From: Escherichia phage vB_EcoM_3HA11
Sequence record: MN342150
Strand: one strand, 5' to 3'
DNA length: 64,000 bases
Part shown: piece by piece, positions 28,280 through 38,053 of the stretch
Position numbering within the stretch: the first letter of the stretch is position 1
Layout: each line of letters starts with the position of its first letter
Position numbers and translations under genes: made by a program
The notes under the pieces: model-generated
The model's database searches: none
What the model was told of the DNA's origin: nothing
What the model saw: only the letters and a program-made list of their open reading frames with translations

Positions 28280-28693
28280 TTATTTAATCTGGAGTTTTTC
28301 AGTCAATTGAGCAATAATTTCATTCCGGTCGGTAGAAACAATTCCCAAAGGTTCGGCCAATGTTTTAAGATCATTGATGTCAAGCAAGAGAAGGACTTCA
28401 ACCGTAATATCGGTGGATACCACAGTGCCTGGTTTCATAGGCTTACCGAACTTGTCTAACCCATATCGACGTAAAGTACCCGCCAGCCCCGTAAGTTCCT
28501 CCAGAAGCTCCTTCGTGCCGTCTTTGTATTCACAGACCCAACCGTAGTCACCAGCATAAACTACGCCACCGTCGCCCCCCTGAGGGATGTTATCCACCAC
28601 ACGCTGGAGATAACTTGGAAGTTTGTTTTCTTCCTGGGCGGTGATTTCCTGGGAAGTTTGGGTATTTTCAATTTTCTTTGGTGTCTTCGCCAT
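28280..28693 (-). CDS. hypothetical protein (about 137 aa)
   Basis: Start moved to Met with AGGAGA RBS (track ORF begins at 28789). Confidence 0.4.
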   Translation of the reverse strand: MAKTPKKIENTQTSQEITAQEENKLPSYLQRVVDNIPQGGDGGVVYAGDYGWVCEYKDGTKELLEELTGLAGTLRRYGLDKFGKPMKPGTVVSTDITVEVLLLLDINDLKTLAEPLGIVSTDRNEIIAQLTEKLQIK

Positions 28694-28967
28694 GATCAGT
28701 TCTCCTATAGACTGTAATGTATTTACCACAGCAATTGCAGCAATAAACGTGCATGGAATATCCGTCGTCATTGAAATCACACCCACCACAACGACAGAAC
28801 AATTTCACAAACTGGTCACCACTGACTTCTCTTGGAGGAAAATTCTTAAACGAGTATTCTCTGAGTTCACCCTCAAATTGGAATGAATCAACAAGGAACT
28901 TTGTTTTTCGGCGCAGTGATCCAAATGCCTGTTGCTCATACACGAAGTAAACATCTCTGGTTTCCAT
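28668..28967 (-). CDS. Cys-rich small protein (99 aa)
   Basis: CRCGGC...CCNCCGK cysteine cluster; first gene after the rIIB terminator. Confidence 0.35.
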   Translation of the reverse strand: METRDVYFVYEQQAFGSLRRKTKFLVDSFQFEGELREYSFKNFPPREVSGDQFVKLFCRCGGCDFNDDGYSMHVYCCNCCGKYITVYRRTDHGEDTKEN

Positions 28968-28984
28968 ATTAACCTCAAAGAAAA

Positions 28985-29000
28985 GGAGGCCGAAGCCTCC
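28985..29000 (-). terminator. rho-independent terminator after rIIB
   Basis: Hairpin GGAGGC-cgaa-GCCTCC, T-rich on both sides (bidirectional). Confidence 0.5.
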
Positions 29001-29020
29001 TCTTTTATGTCAGTTCGCGG

Positions 29021-30604
29021 TTACTTGTACAGACCGTCAACGTCAATAGATTTATGTTGGCGGTTGTATTCCGTGGTATAGTCATCCATCACGAGATATT
29101 CACAGCAACGGATTTTACTAGAACCGTAATCATCAGTGATAGACACGATGTCTTTCGGGTTCAGTTTACAACGCACAACCCGCTGGCCCAGGCTACCGAA
29201 ACATTGTTTCAGATACGCCAGAGAACAAACGTGAAGACCATAGGAGCACAGGTCTTTGTTGTTATCGTTCACGAATGAGCGAGCCATCCGGACGATAGTG
29301 CCAGGTGCGTTGCTGACTTTACCTGTGCGCTTATCCATATAATTTCCGCGAACGGATTTGTATAGAATAATGTCGCCGTCTTCATGAATCTCAATGTCTG
29401 AGTATGCCATGAATTCATAGATCCGACCAGACTGAACCAGCGCGGCGCTCGGGTTTTGGAACATCTTGTCAAGGAAACGGCCCAAGCGTTCCAAGTTCGG
29501 ATAATCGCCTTTTAATGCCAAAGCCAAAATGCGTTTGGCAACGGAAGTTCCGGTGATATCATAGCCACCCCAGCGAACACGGTTGTCTGAAAGATCAACC
29601 ATGCCTGTAGTGAATTGTTTGATGGCTTCACGCGGTTTCATCAGAGTGTAAGCTGTTTTGACGTCACGATTTTTAATCGCTTCAACAATACGGTCATACG
29701 CCTGGTGGCTCGTTGTGATCGTTTCCGGTTTACCATCGACCACAATCACGATACTTTCCGGCAAAATCATGATCTGGTGTTCGTTCAGGAACACAGACAG
29801 TTCTTTTTCATTAAATGAATTCTGAGTTTGCTTGTCGCCTGTTTCTTCAACAACTGCAACCGTCTTGACCACGAATAATACGGATGACAATGCCAGACGA
29901 AGTGTACGGCCTAAAATTGCATCAAAGTAACCCACGCGCCGACGGGCATCAAGGGAACCGCGCATCGGATATGTTTCACCGTCATGCTGTACGCTGATTT
30001 CCACACCATCATTGACTTTAACCACGCCATCAACCAATGCAGTAGCCAGTTCTGCTAACGGCGAAATATTTTCTTCATTGAAGCGGCTTGACCGAGTTTC
30101 TAACGGTTTCAGTTCTTCGCTTCTGAAAAGTTTGGCCTGAATAGCAGCAGAGCTATCATAACGCATACAGATAAACACTGTTTGGTTTTCCAGGAAACGG
30201 CCAACATACCATTCTTCGCCTTCAGAATCGACAGACACCGAACCTTCCAGAACTTCATAGGTGTCGGGGATTTTGCCTTCTTCAGTCAATTCTTTAATTG
30301 GCGAAATCACGACCACGTTATTAGATTCTTTGATGATACGAACCATCAGGGCGCGGGCAATTGTTTTGGCACTGACACCATAAATTGATGCCAGAGAAGA
30401 ATTGCTTTCACCTTTGCTGCTCTTGGTTTGTATTTCTTGAATCTGTTCTGTGGTCAGAGACTTAATCGAAGCCGGATCCACTCCCAGTTCTTTATCCGAC
30501 ACGCGTTGTATCATTGAGCGCGGTACGCCCAATTCACTGGCTATTGAACTTTGACTTCTGTTCTCATTCAACAGCTTGAGAATACGTTTTTCTATAGCAT
30601 TCAT
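29021..30604 (-). CDS. rIIB: rIIB-like protein
   Basis: 527 aa; N-terminal HTH (SQSSIASELGVPRSMIQRV) and C-terminal CSYGLHVCSLAY...FGS...RVV...DY...RCCEY collinear with remembered T4 rIIB (CSRGLHVCSKSY...FGS...RVV...DY...RTCQY). Confidence 0.7.
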   Translation of the reverse strand: MNAIEKRILKLLNENRSQSSIASELGVPRSMIQRVSDKELGVDPASIKSLTTEQIQEIQTKSSKGESNSSLASIYGVSAKTIARALMVRIIKESNNVVVISPIKELTEEGKIPDTYEVLEGSVSVDSEGEEWYVGRFLENQTVFICMRYDSSAAIQAKLFRSEELKPLETRSSRFNEENISPLAELATALVDGVVKVNDGVEISVQHDGETYPMRGSLDARRRVGYFDAILGRTLRLALSSVLFVVKTVAVVEETGDKQTQNSFNEKELSVFLNEHQIMILPESIVIVVDGKPETITTSHQAYDRIVEAIKNRDVKTAYTLMKPREAIKQFTTGMVDLSDNRVRWGGYDITGTSVAKRILALALKGDYPNLERLGRFLDKMFQNPSAALVQSGRIYEFMAYSDIEIHEDGDIILYKSVRGNYMDKRTGKVSNAPGTIVRMARSFVNDNNKDLCSYGLHVCSLAYLKQCFGSLGQRVVRCKLNPKDIVSITDDYGSSKIRCCEYLVMDDYTTEYNRQHKSIDVDGLYK

Positions 30605-30636
30605 CTTGTAGTTCTCACTGTGGGGTAATGGGGCTA

Positions 30637-33378
30637 TTATGCCCCGAGAATACGTTTTGAAATAGCCTTCACAAATCTAGTGGCATCTTCAATCGCATTA
30701 TGCGCCGTTGGCTGATATTTTGACATCATGAATTTCACCAAACGATGACATTCAACTCGGTATCGGTTTTTGGCCTTTTGCTTTTGAGATATAGTGCTAG
30801 TGACCTTTATCTCATCAAATCCTTCAGTAGTTAATTTTTCATTCAATAAATCAACAACTTGAGTTAACTGGTTACAGGCGCGGAAAAATCTCGTAGTTGA
30901 GAAAGGCATTTCTATACGATAATGTAATTCCTCAACAGCCTTGCGGAAATAACCGTACCCCGATCCAGACGGGTTTCGTTTGGCCAGCATACGAACAACC
31001 TTCCATTCTTCTTCAGTGATTTGTTGTTTCGCATAACCGATGATTGCTTTTGCCCTGTGTTGATGATGAGCATAGCCATCCGTAACTTCTCCATGGGAAT
31101 CAATCAACAGCTTGGCACCATAATCAATGCGATGAGACATGATGTTTATGCCCTTGCGAAGTTTCAGGAGTTTCTTAGATTCAAGCGCCTGAAATTCATC
31201 TTTATAATGCTCAAGCAACATATCAAACACTGCGTCAATGGGGATGAATACTTCTGGGAATTTCTTCATCATCGGAACAGATTTACGACGCGCAAGAACG
31301 ATTGTTGGATGCGCTCCCAGCAAATCAAACATGTTTTCGTTTCCATTCTCGCCGAACTTCGTTCTTTCCATCGCTTCACGCAAATGTCCAGCCGTGGATT
31401 GTCGTAAGGTATTACCATGAATTTTATGGATACCTTCTCGGCCAGATACTTCGATGTATACGATCTTTTTGCCTGAATCAATAATATCTGAAACGGTTTT
31501 TCCATCCAATTCATAAACGCTGTCGAAGTTAAATGAATTGTAATGGAAACTAAACATCCCAGGATCTTTTTCAACGGTCGGGCGAACATATTCCATTTCA
31601 TGCATGAAATAAACTTCATCCGGATTGAATAAATCGCCAAAAACCTCGATCAGTTTATCGGCAAAGACCAGGTAGTCCGGTGTTGTTTCTTGTACACCGA
31701 TCCATGATTCAAAATAAGACTTCAATTCCTCATGGTTGGTGAATGATTCTTTATGTGCCGCCAGCTGATTCCGATTACTGAAATAATTTTCATTCGGTTT
31801 GACGACGATAACGACATTGAAGTTATTGCGTGCTGTTTGTATCTTCAGGTTTCGAGCACGATTCGAGTTATCAATAATAACAGCAATTTTTGATTTAGAT
31901 TTCAACCAATTTCCGACAGAGTTCACATAAATGCTGTCGTGTACTACACCGTCGTCGTGTACTTCAATTTCGTAAGGACTACCAATAGACCGGAAAGGTG
32001 CATCCACAGAGTAATCGCGCACGACGTCCGGCGCTCCGATATAACGGAACGTGCCTTTGTAGAAACGGTTATCTGCAGGAAATTCTCGCTCCACTAATTT
32101 ACGGAAACCACTACCGAACATATCGGTCAATTGAGCCTTCTTCATATAAAGCATAAGAGGACCCATAGATTCGGCCTGGCGAAGTTCATACATCTTCGCC
32201 TGCATAATATTGTCAGCCACATATTTGAACACTCGGTTCAGGCTTTCACGGGTGAACTCGTCATATGACAAGTCTTCACGTGATGGAGGAACATTCAATT
32301 CTCCAAGTTCAAAGAATGTATAGGAACTCGGGAATTTCTCCAGCACCGAACGTATTTCAGAATCCAATTGCTCAAGATCTATCGGATAAGAAACCCCGCC
32401 CATAACGGCATAGTGGGTATTATCAGAATCAGACTTCGGCTGAATATACGTGTTGCCCACACGGTTTTCAAAATTGATGTCCTGCCAGCGGAAAGAATAA
32501 CTGGCATTTTCAACCTTCGGGCGCATTGATGGGCGCATAACTCGACCCAGACGGACCAGTTCTTGTTCAAATGCGGTAAATCGCTGATTCTTTACAGGCA
32601 CTTTAACAGTCAGACCATTGAACTCATCAGTGTCTTCTGGTTTCGGATCACGGGTATCCAAATCCTTGGTGATCAGGTCCACAGTAGGAATCCTGTCCGC
32701 ATTCAGATACATAAGGAAGCGATACAGTTTACCTTCATAACGACTTTCTACAGTAAATGAGTCCGACACTGCAAATGGGGATTTAGAACCCAGACCAAAC
32801 GCGCCGATCTGCCCGTCGTCGTCCTCTTTGGTGCTATGGAAGAGTGTGGTGTACAAACCAGGTCCACGGATGATCTCGCCATCCTCAGCGCGGAATACCA
32901 ACACCCCATTGTAATAACCAGGCGTCCCAATAACAGCAGTGCTGTCAGGGATCTCATCTTCCTTTACAACAATGTTGCCTTCGACAAGCACTTCATCTTC
33001 CCGCGCTGCGATAGGTTCCCCGATAATCATTTCTAACGGAAGGCCAATCCCATAATCCTTGATTTCCAACCATGGTTCCATAACATCAGGTAAATGGACC
33101 ACAACGGGCGTCCCTTTGGGAGCAAGATGCTTGCTGTATCTTTGGGGCATAGGGGTAAGAGGGGCATAATGGGACGGCAACCAACGCTGTTGGCGATCGC
33201 GCATATTATGCGAGTCTATACCGTTACATAACGTCTCACGCAAAGATGCGGCCTCTTTATATTTGTAGAGACTTGAGAACAATGTTTCAAATAATTTATC
33301 CGTCATCTTGACATTAAATGTCTGTCCGACGATAGTGGAAGAAGAGCGCACGAAATGCTCAGACTTGCGCATTTTCAT
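30637..33378 (-). CDS. rIIA: rIIA-like protein with GHKL-type ATPase domain
   Basis: 913 aa; Bergerat-fold motifs ETLCNGIDS (ExxxNxxD), DYGIG, GAFGLGSKSPFAV; immediately upstream of rIIB. Confidence 0.7.
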   Translation of the reverse strand: MKMRKSEHFVRSSSTIVGQTFNVKMTDKLFETLFSSLYKYKEAASLRETLCNGIDSHNMRDRQQRWLPSHYAPLTPMPQRYSKHLAPKGTPVVVHLPDVMEPWLEIKDYGIGLPLEMIIGEPIAAREDEVLVEGNIVVKEDEIPDSTAVIGTPGYYNGVLVFRAEDGEIIRGPGLYTTLFHSTKEDDDGQIGAFGLGSKSPFAVSDSFTVESRYEGKLYRFLMYLNADRIPTVDLITKDLDTRDPKPEDTDEFNGLTVKVPVKNQRFTAFEQELVRLGRVMRPSMRPKVENASYSFRWQDINFENRVGNTYIQPKSDSDNTHYAVMGGVSYPIDLEQLDSEIRSVLEKFPSSYTFFELGELNVPPSREDLSYDEFTRESLNRVFKYVADNIMQAKMYELRQAESMGPLMLYMKKAQLTDMFGSGFRKLVEREFPADNRFYKGTFRYIGAPDVVRDYSVDAPFRSIGSPYEIEVHDDGVVHDSIYVNSVGNWLKSKSKIAVIIDNSNRARNLKIQTARNNFNVVIVVKPNENYFSNRNQLAAHKESFTNHEELKSYFESWIGVQETTPDYLVFADKLIEVFGDLFNPDEVYFMHEMEYVRPTVEKDPGMFSFHYNSFNFDSVYELDGKTVSDIIDSGKKIVYIEVSGREGIHKIHGNTLRQSTAGHLREAMERTKFGENGNENMFDLLGAHPTIVLARRKSVPMMKKFPEVFIPIDAVFDMLLEHYKDEFQALESKKLLKLRKGINIMSHRIDYGAKLLIDSHGEVTDGYAHHQHRAKAIIGYAKQQITEEEWKVVRMLAKRNPSGSGYGYFRKAVEELHYRIEMPFSTTRFFRACNQLTQVVDLLNEKLTTEGFDEIKVTSTISQKQKAKNRYRVECHRLVKFMMSKYQPTAHNAIEDATRFVKAISKRILGA

Positions 33379-33463
33379 AGTATAGAATTCCTATTCAGTT
33401 TCAAAGGGAAACACATTATTGGGTAATGGGTATGATACTGGTGGGAGACTCAATAGAAAAAGC

Positions 33464-33481
33464 CTCCAAAAGGAGGCTTAA
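33464..33481 (-). terminator. rho-independent terminator
   Basis: Hairpin AGCCTCC-aaaa-GGAGGCT followed by TTTTT on the minus strand. Confidence 0.45.
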
Positions 33482-33487
33482 TCAGGT

Positions 33488-33841
33488 TTAACTCTGGTCT
33501 ACATTTACAACGGCAGCGTTAAAGTTGAATGTCGGATGGGTAGCGCCTGGCTCTAACGTTTCTTCCAGATAACCCGCGATATTCCGCACCACGGTTTTAG
33601 GCTCAGAACGTGAAGGCTTCGTTGCTCCAAGTTCAATGATACTGGAAGTAACTTGTTCGACTTGGGTGTGGGCCACAACAAAATGGTAACGACTACCAAA
33701 CGCCGCCACTTCAACTTCTGTAATTTCCAAACCACTCAATTCAGAGCTGCTCAACTGCTTCACATTCAGTTGTGAACGAAGGTGTTCCACAATGTTGCTG
33801 TAAACATATTGTGGCGTGATCAGCTGTTCAATAGAACTCAT
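33488..33841 (-). CDS. hypothetical protein (117 aa)
   Basis: ORF followed by hairpin terminator at about 33464-33481. Confidence 0.4.
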   Translation of the reverse strand: MSSIEQLITPQYVYSNIVEHLRSQLNVKQLSSSELSGLEITEVEVAAFGSRYHFVVAHTQVEQVTSSIIELGATKPSRSEPKTVVRNIAGYLEETLEPGATHPTFNFNAAVVNVDQS

Positions 33842-34041
33842 GACATATCCTCATTTCTTTGGGGGTTATTGTTACTTAACCGGACGACCTCTGCTCGAAG
33901 GAAAAGGATTTCATCGGCCATTATCTTTCCCTCTTCAAACATCACATGGCAACGTGATAATCTGGGTTCGCCTTCAGATAATGCGTGAAGACGATATTCA
34001 GGGATGACATCATTTACGGCGTTTCTTTTTGTTCTTTCCAT
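33838..34041 (-). CDS. hypothetical small basic protein (about 67 aa)
   Basis: Shortened from track ORF 33838..34128 to an internal Met; ATGA overlap with downstream gene; overlaps the next small gene, so uncertain. Confidence 0.25.
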   Translation of the reverse strand: MERTKRNAVNDVIPEYRLHALSEGEPRLSRCHVMFEEGKIMADEILFLRAEVVRLSNNNPQRNEDMS

Positions 34042-34216
34042 GCGTCTTGGCCTTTTTAGGACGACTAACGGAAGGACGGGCATGCCCAGGCTCCCCAGGG
34101 GTACAACCTTGGGCATAACGTTGGTCATCCCAGAGGCGTCCTTTGTGAGACATATCTTCAGCCATCGCGGACAAGGCGAGGGTTGCTACAGCCGCAGCAG
34201 ATAATGGTTTAGACAT
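34010..34216 (-). CDS. small secreted basic protein (about 68 aa)
   Basis: Internal Met of ORF 34010..34237 preceded by AAGGAG RBS; signal-peptide-like MSKPLSAAAVATLALSAMA then Lys/Arg-rich tail. Confidence 0.3.
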   Translation of the reverse strand: MSKPLSAAAVATLALSAMAEDMSHKGRLWDDQRYAQGCTPGEPGHARPSVSRPKKAKTHGKNKKKRRK

Positions 34217-34655
34217 CTGTTTCTCCTTTTGCTGCATATGCCAGTGCTTTTACAATCATCACGGCCAATCCGATTGGGTCGCACGTACCTTCGAATTCTT
34301 GTTCTAAAATCTCACGTATTTCATCAGAAGATTGTACTTCGGAGCAGTTCTTGCTCTGTCGACGTTGTTCTTGCTCAACGAGGTCTTTGAACAGAAGGTC
34401 TTTGAAAGAATACTCATCGAAGTTTTCCAGATACTGCTGGATACTTGGTTGTTTCGCATCCATCGTTCTACGCAGATTGCTGATAGTTGAACTCGCCTGT
34501 TCGCGGTGTTTGTTCATAACGGAAAAGTTCACGGGTTTCCCCCAAGCGTTCGTCACTGTGTTGGAACACACTTGTCCGAAGAGATCTTGGAAGGCGTCAT
34601 CCAGATGAATCAGCGCGGCGGCCAGTTCATCATAAGTTGGTTTTTGAGCAGTCAT
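34209..34655 (-). CDS. hypothetical protein (148 aa)
   Basis: ORF in operon. Confidence 0.4.
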   Translation of the reverse strand: MTAQKPTYDELAAALIHLDDAFQDLFGQVCSNTVTNAWGKPVNFSVMNKHREQASSTISNLRRTMDAKQPSIQQYLENFDEYSFKDLLFKDLVEQEQRRQSKNCSEVQSSDEIREILEQEFEGTCDPIGLAVMIVKALAYAAKGETDV

Positions 34656-35035
34656 TTTCGTTTATTCCTATTTTTAGATTTCTTGGCTTGACGTTTATGC
34701 TGAGCGGCTCCATACAAGCGCGGAGGCTTTTGATAACGCTGTGAGGCAATTATATCCCTGTAGTCGGCTTCGGCTTCACAGCAAGAAACATCCGTTCTTC
34801 GTAATTGTGCGACCGCTTGAGATACCAATGTTTTGCGTTCACTTTCTACCAGATCATCACAAATTATCATGCGTTCACCTGGTTCACAACGACGTTTAGG
34901 AATATCGTCTACACTGATACATTCTACTTCAACGCCTTTCAACTTTTCTTGAAGGATAATGGCCATAGTACGAGCGCCCACCCCTCCTCCAATAATTGCA
35001 ATCTTTCTTGGCTTGTCAGACATATTACATTCCAT
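34652..35035 (-). CDS. small Rossmann-like nucleotide-binding protein with basic C-terminal tail
   Basis: 127 aa; N-terminal IAIIGGGVGA dinucleotide-binding signature; C-terminal KRQAKKSKNRNKRK; promoter-like motif upstream. Confidence 0.4.
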   Translation of the reverse strand: MECNMSDKPRKIAIIGGGVGARTMAIILQEKLKGVEVECISVDDIPKRRCEPGERMIICDDLVESERKTLVSQAVAQLRRTDVSCCEAEADYRDIIASQRYQKPPRLYGAAQHKRQAKKSKNRNKRK

Positions 35036-35053
35036 AAAAAAGAGGATAGAGCA

Positions 35054-35079
35054 ATAATACCCTATCCCCCTTTATTGAA
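35054..35079 (-). promoter_or_regulatory. promoter-like motif TTCAATAA-N12-TATTAT (minus strand)
   Basis: Upstream of gene 34652..35035; part of an 18-nt block CGTTCTTCAATAAAGGGG repeated at 38021-38038. Confidence 0.35.
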
Positions 35080-35085
35080 GAACGA

Positions 35086-35529
35086 TTAGTCTTTGGATTC
35101 TACTTTATCACCGCGCAGATCCTGGACGAGTTTGCCATCCGGCGACATGATGTAGATGGTGTTAATTGTCTCAAACCAGGATAGTTCATCAACTCCTTCA
35201 GTGTATGGAGTTACCGGAACTGAAGTTTTGATATGATCACCATCGTTATTTGGGGTGCCATCAGACTTCAGCACTGGCTCCAGGAAGGCGAAACGACCAT
35301 TTGGATAAATCACCCCGCCTTTAAACATGCGGATCTTCTTGCGAGGGTTGTTGGCCTCGCCAAGGCACACGACCAGATGATGGATCATCTCCGGACGGGT
35401 AAGCAACGTGTCGTCACGGATGATACCCTGTTTAATAGCGGAGATCACCACTTCGTCCAACAGCGCCTGCTGCTGGTCCAGCGTCAGTGATTCAGTAAGT
35501 TTCAGAGCCATTATTCGTACCCCAAACAT
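35086..35529 (-). CDS. hypothetical protein (147 aa)
   Basis: ORF; no motif. Confidence 0.4.
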   Translation of the reverse strand: MFGVRIMALKLTESLTLDQQQALLDEVVISAIKQGIIRDDTLLTRPEMIHHLVVCLGEANNPRKKIRMFKGGVIYPNGRFAFLEPVLKSDGTPNNDGDHIKTSVPVTPYTEGVDELSWFETINTIYIMSPDGKLVQDLRGDKVESKD

Positions 35530-35643
35530 TTGTTTAAGAAAGTCAGGACATCGTCCATGGTCTTGACCTCAATTTCAATGCCGAGTTGTTCCGCCAACTT
35601 GTTGGTGTTCTCGACGATCTCTTTGTCTCGCGCTGACATGATG

Positions 35644-36213
35644 TCAGCCTTTGAAGTTGATCGGTTTCTGAACCCCAGCGTCAAACGCGGCCTGGGTACG
35701 GGTATCGCTCACCACCTGGCAGGTCTTGTCAAGATCGATGCGCGGGTAGCCAAACACACCAGCAATCAACGAACCAGGGAACTGAGCCAGCTTGGTTTCG
35801 TACATCGCGCAGATGTCAAGCTTCTTGGTCTGACTGATACGGAACTCATCGCGGCCTGAGCTGATGACAACCTGGATCTCTTTGTACAGACTGGAATCAA
35901 ACTGAATGTTCTGTTCCTGGATCCACTGCATCACAGCCTTGGAACCATCAGCACCATAACGCCCTTCGAACGTACCTTTGATAACTTCCTTCAGGCCGTC
36001 TTTGTACATGTCAGGAATCTGCGCCGTCTCCTGAACTTTGAGCGTGTAGTTGCTCAGGTAGTTCTCAGAGTCTTTGTTGAACTTCTTGACCTGTTGCTCA
36101 GTGCGGTTGAAGTCGTTGAAATAACTGACGAAACTACCAACACCGATTACAACAAAAGCCAGAATCGCCAAACCGATGATCCAACCAATTGAAATACCTT
36201 TACGCTGCGACAT
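35644..36213 (-). CDS. LemA-family membrane protein
   Basis: 189 aa; N-terminal TM helix; C-terminal KLAQFPGSLIAGVFGYP matches the conserved LemA FP..IIAG.FGF segment. Confidence 0.55.
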   Translation of the reverse strand: MSQRKGISIGWIIGLAILAFVVIGVGSFVSYFNDFNRTEQQVKKFNKDSENYLSNYTLKVQETAQIPDMYKDGLKEVIKGTFEGRYGADGSKAVMQWIQEQNIQFDSSLYKEIQVVISSGRDEFRISQTKKLDICAMYETKLAQFPGSLIAGVFGYPRIDLDKTCQVVSDTRTQAAFDAGVQKPINFKG

Positions 36214-36228
36214 CTTTACTTCCTCTTG

Positions 36229-37338
36229 TTAAAACAAACGTTTGTAAGTGCGACCATTGTAGTGCATATGGCCTAATATGAAAATTGCGGTAAACGGAAC
36301 ACAACCTAATAAAACGACGATAATCACTTCCCATGTCTTGAGGTCACGCCATTTCAGATACTCCATTTCCTTCATTTCAACGCGGTTATAGCCTTTGCTT
36401 ATATTGACTGCAACTTCTTGGAATACTGATATCCCCATGGGTTTGCCAGTCAATGAAAGACCGTTTCGGGAATGAAGTTCCATGTTATTCATCCCATCAG
36501 CAAATGACGTGGATTTACCCCAATTGATTTTCATATCCTTCGATATGTCAGTAACCACAATGACATCGTTCTTTTTACCACCGGGCCATGCATATAGCAG
36601 CCCCTGAAAATATTCCACAGGCTGGCCAGAAGTCACTACCCACACGATATTGACCTGACGTGATGCCCCCAATGTTTTCAAAGTGTTGTTCAGATAATCA
36701 TTCCAATAATCAACGGGAATATCCATCCCCGACATATTCAGAACACGAGTCACCCGATAATAATCATACACCCTTGGATATGACGGGATATGGTCTTTGA
36801 ACTTCTCAGCGAATTGTTGGTCAGATTTGGAGAATAAAGAATCCTTGTTCCCCAGAACATAGTTCATATATGCATGTTCACGCGCTGCAGGTTCTCCGAT
36901 TTTAACTTGTGCCCAACGTGGAGGCTCTGTAGTACCCTGACGATCAATACGGTCAATGCTCAGATCACCGACGGTTGTTAATACGTCCCAATCAACGTCA
37001 TAAGAGTGCTCATAGCACGTGCTGCAATGACGCGTTTGTGTACAAGATCGGTTATTTCCTGAACCAGAGCAAGAAGTTGTGTAATAGCACATACATTCAT
37101 AAGAATGGCTACAACCCACCTTATTTCGTTGCTTGTCAGTAACGTACCCATTCAAAATTTCAACATCTCCCGAACTACCCAGGGAAAATGCAGCGTATGC
37201 TCCCGCCTGGATAAGACAGGATAATACAACCACTATCGCAGTAGCAATTAGCGTTTCTTTTGGTTCATGGGTTTTGCGATGGTAAACCACGAACAATATG
37301 GCTAAAATAATAGGGACCACAAACAGAAGGTAAATCAT
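36229..37338 (-). CDS. polytopic membrane protein with Cys-rich extracytoplasmic domain
   Basis: 369 aa; two N-terminal and one C-terminal hydrophobic helices; CSHSYECMCYY...CSGSG...CTQTRHCSTC cysteine cluster; immediately upstream of the LemA-like gene. Confidence 0.45.
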   Translation of the reverse strand: MIYLLFVVPIILAILFVVYHRKTHEPKETLIATAIVVVLSCLIQAGAYAAFSLGSSGDVEILNGYVTDKQRNKVGCSHSYECMCYYTTSCSGSGNNRSCTQTRHCSTCYEHSYDVDWDVLTTVGDLSIDRIDRQGTTEPPRWAQVKIGEPAAREHAYMNYVLGNKDSLFSKSDQQFAEKFKDHIPSYPRVYDYYRVTRVLNMSGMDIPVDYWNDYLNNTLKTLGASRQVNIVWVVTSGQPVEYFQGLLYAWPGGKKNDVIVVTDISKDMKINWGKSTSFADGMNNMELHSRNGLSLTGKPMGISVFQEVAVNISKGYNRVEMKEMEYLKWRDLKTWEVIIVVLLGCVPFTAIFILGHMHYNGRTYKRLF

Positions 37339-37721
37339 AACACACCATCCACGAGTTGTTCCTTCGTCATACCAAGAAGTTGATTTTTATGATCTGATTC
37401 AGCTCCATTTTTCAACAACAGATCCCAACGTTCTTCATGATACTGTGGAGCCATCGCATCGTCAAAAGAAACATGGTGGCGATGCATAATTGTTGCAACG
37501 GTATGAAGAACGATTGCTGTCGCTCTTTTTAAAGCACGTGTATCAGTGATATGGTCTTCATATTCGATACCCATCAAATCGAGTTCTTTCCGAATATATG
37601 CAATAGACAAATCACCTTCAGAATGCAATTTAACAATAGTCGCTTTCTTAGGATGTAACACGCCGTCTGTTTCTTTCATGAACAGATCGTACAAATATTG
37701 TTTGTATTCGGGGCGCATCAT
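37335..37721 (-). CDS. hypothetical protein (128 aa)
   Basis: 4-nt overlap with neighbours. Confidence 0.4.
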   Translation of the reverse strand: MMRPEYKQYLYDLFMKETDGVLHPKKATIVKLHSEGDLSIAYIRKELDLMGIEYEDHITDTRALKRATAIVLHTVATIMHRHHVSFDDAMAPQYHEERWDLLLKNGAESDHKNQLLGMTKEQLVDGVL

Positions 37722-37972
37722 CTCGTAATCCCTCCGGCACAGATAATATTCAGTTCACCGCGACGGAAACCGCCTTGCCCCTCGCCATGTAGTAGACCAA
37801 ACGCACTCTTGCCGGAATTTTTGTTGCCGTTCAGTATATTCCAAAGAGCATCAGCATCGCCTAACTCAGTCATCTGGTATTTTGTTGGATTTTTATGATC
37901 TTCTTCCAGAATCACCGATACCATAGATTCAATATCGAGGGAGTCCATATCTTCAATTCGTTGCATTGCCAT
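37718..37972 (-). CDS. hypothetical protein (84 aa)
   Basis: Preceded by TTCAATAA-N12-TATTAT promoter-like motif. Confidence 0.35.
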   Translation of the reverse strand: MAMQRIEDMDSLDIESMVSVILEEDHKNPTKYQMTELGDADALWNILNGNKNSGKSAFGLLHGEGQGGFRRGELNIICAGGITR

Positions 37973-38007
37973 GATGTATTTCCTTGTAAAAGAAAGGGGA
38001 ACGGGCT

Positions 38008-38033
38008 AATAATAACCCATTCCCCTTTATTGA
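38008..38033 (-). promoter_or_regulatory. promoter-like motif TTCAATAA-N12-TATTAT (minus strand)
   Basis: Upstream of gene 37718..37972; same 18-nt block as at 35067-35084. Confidence 0.35.
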
Positions 38034-38053
38034 AGAACGCAATCGCAGTCAGA

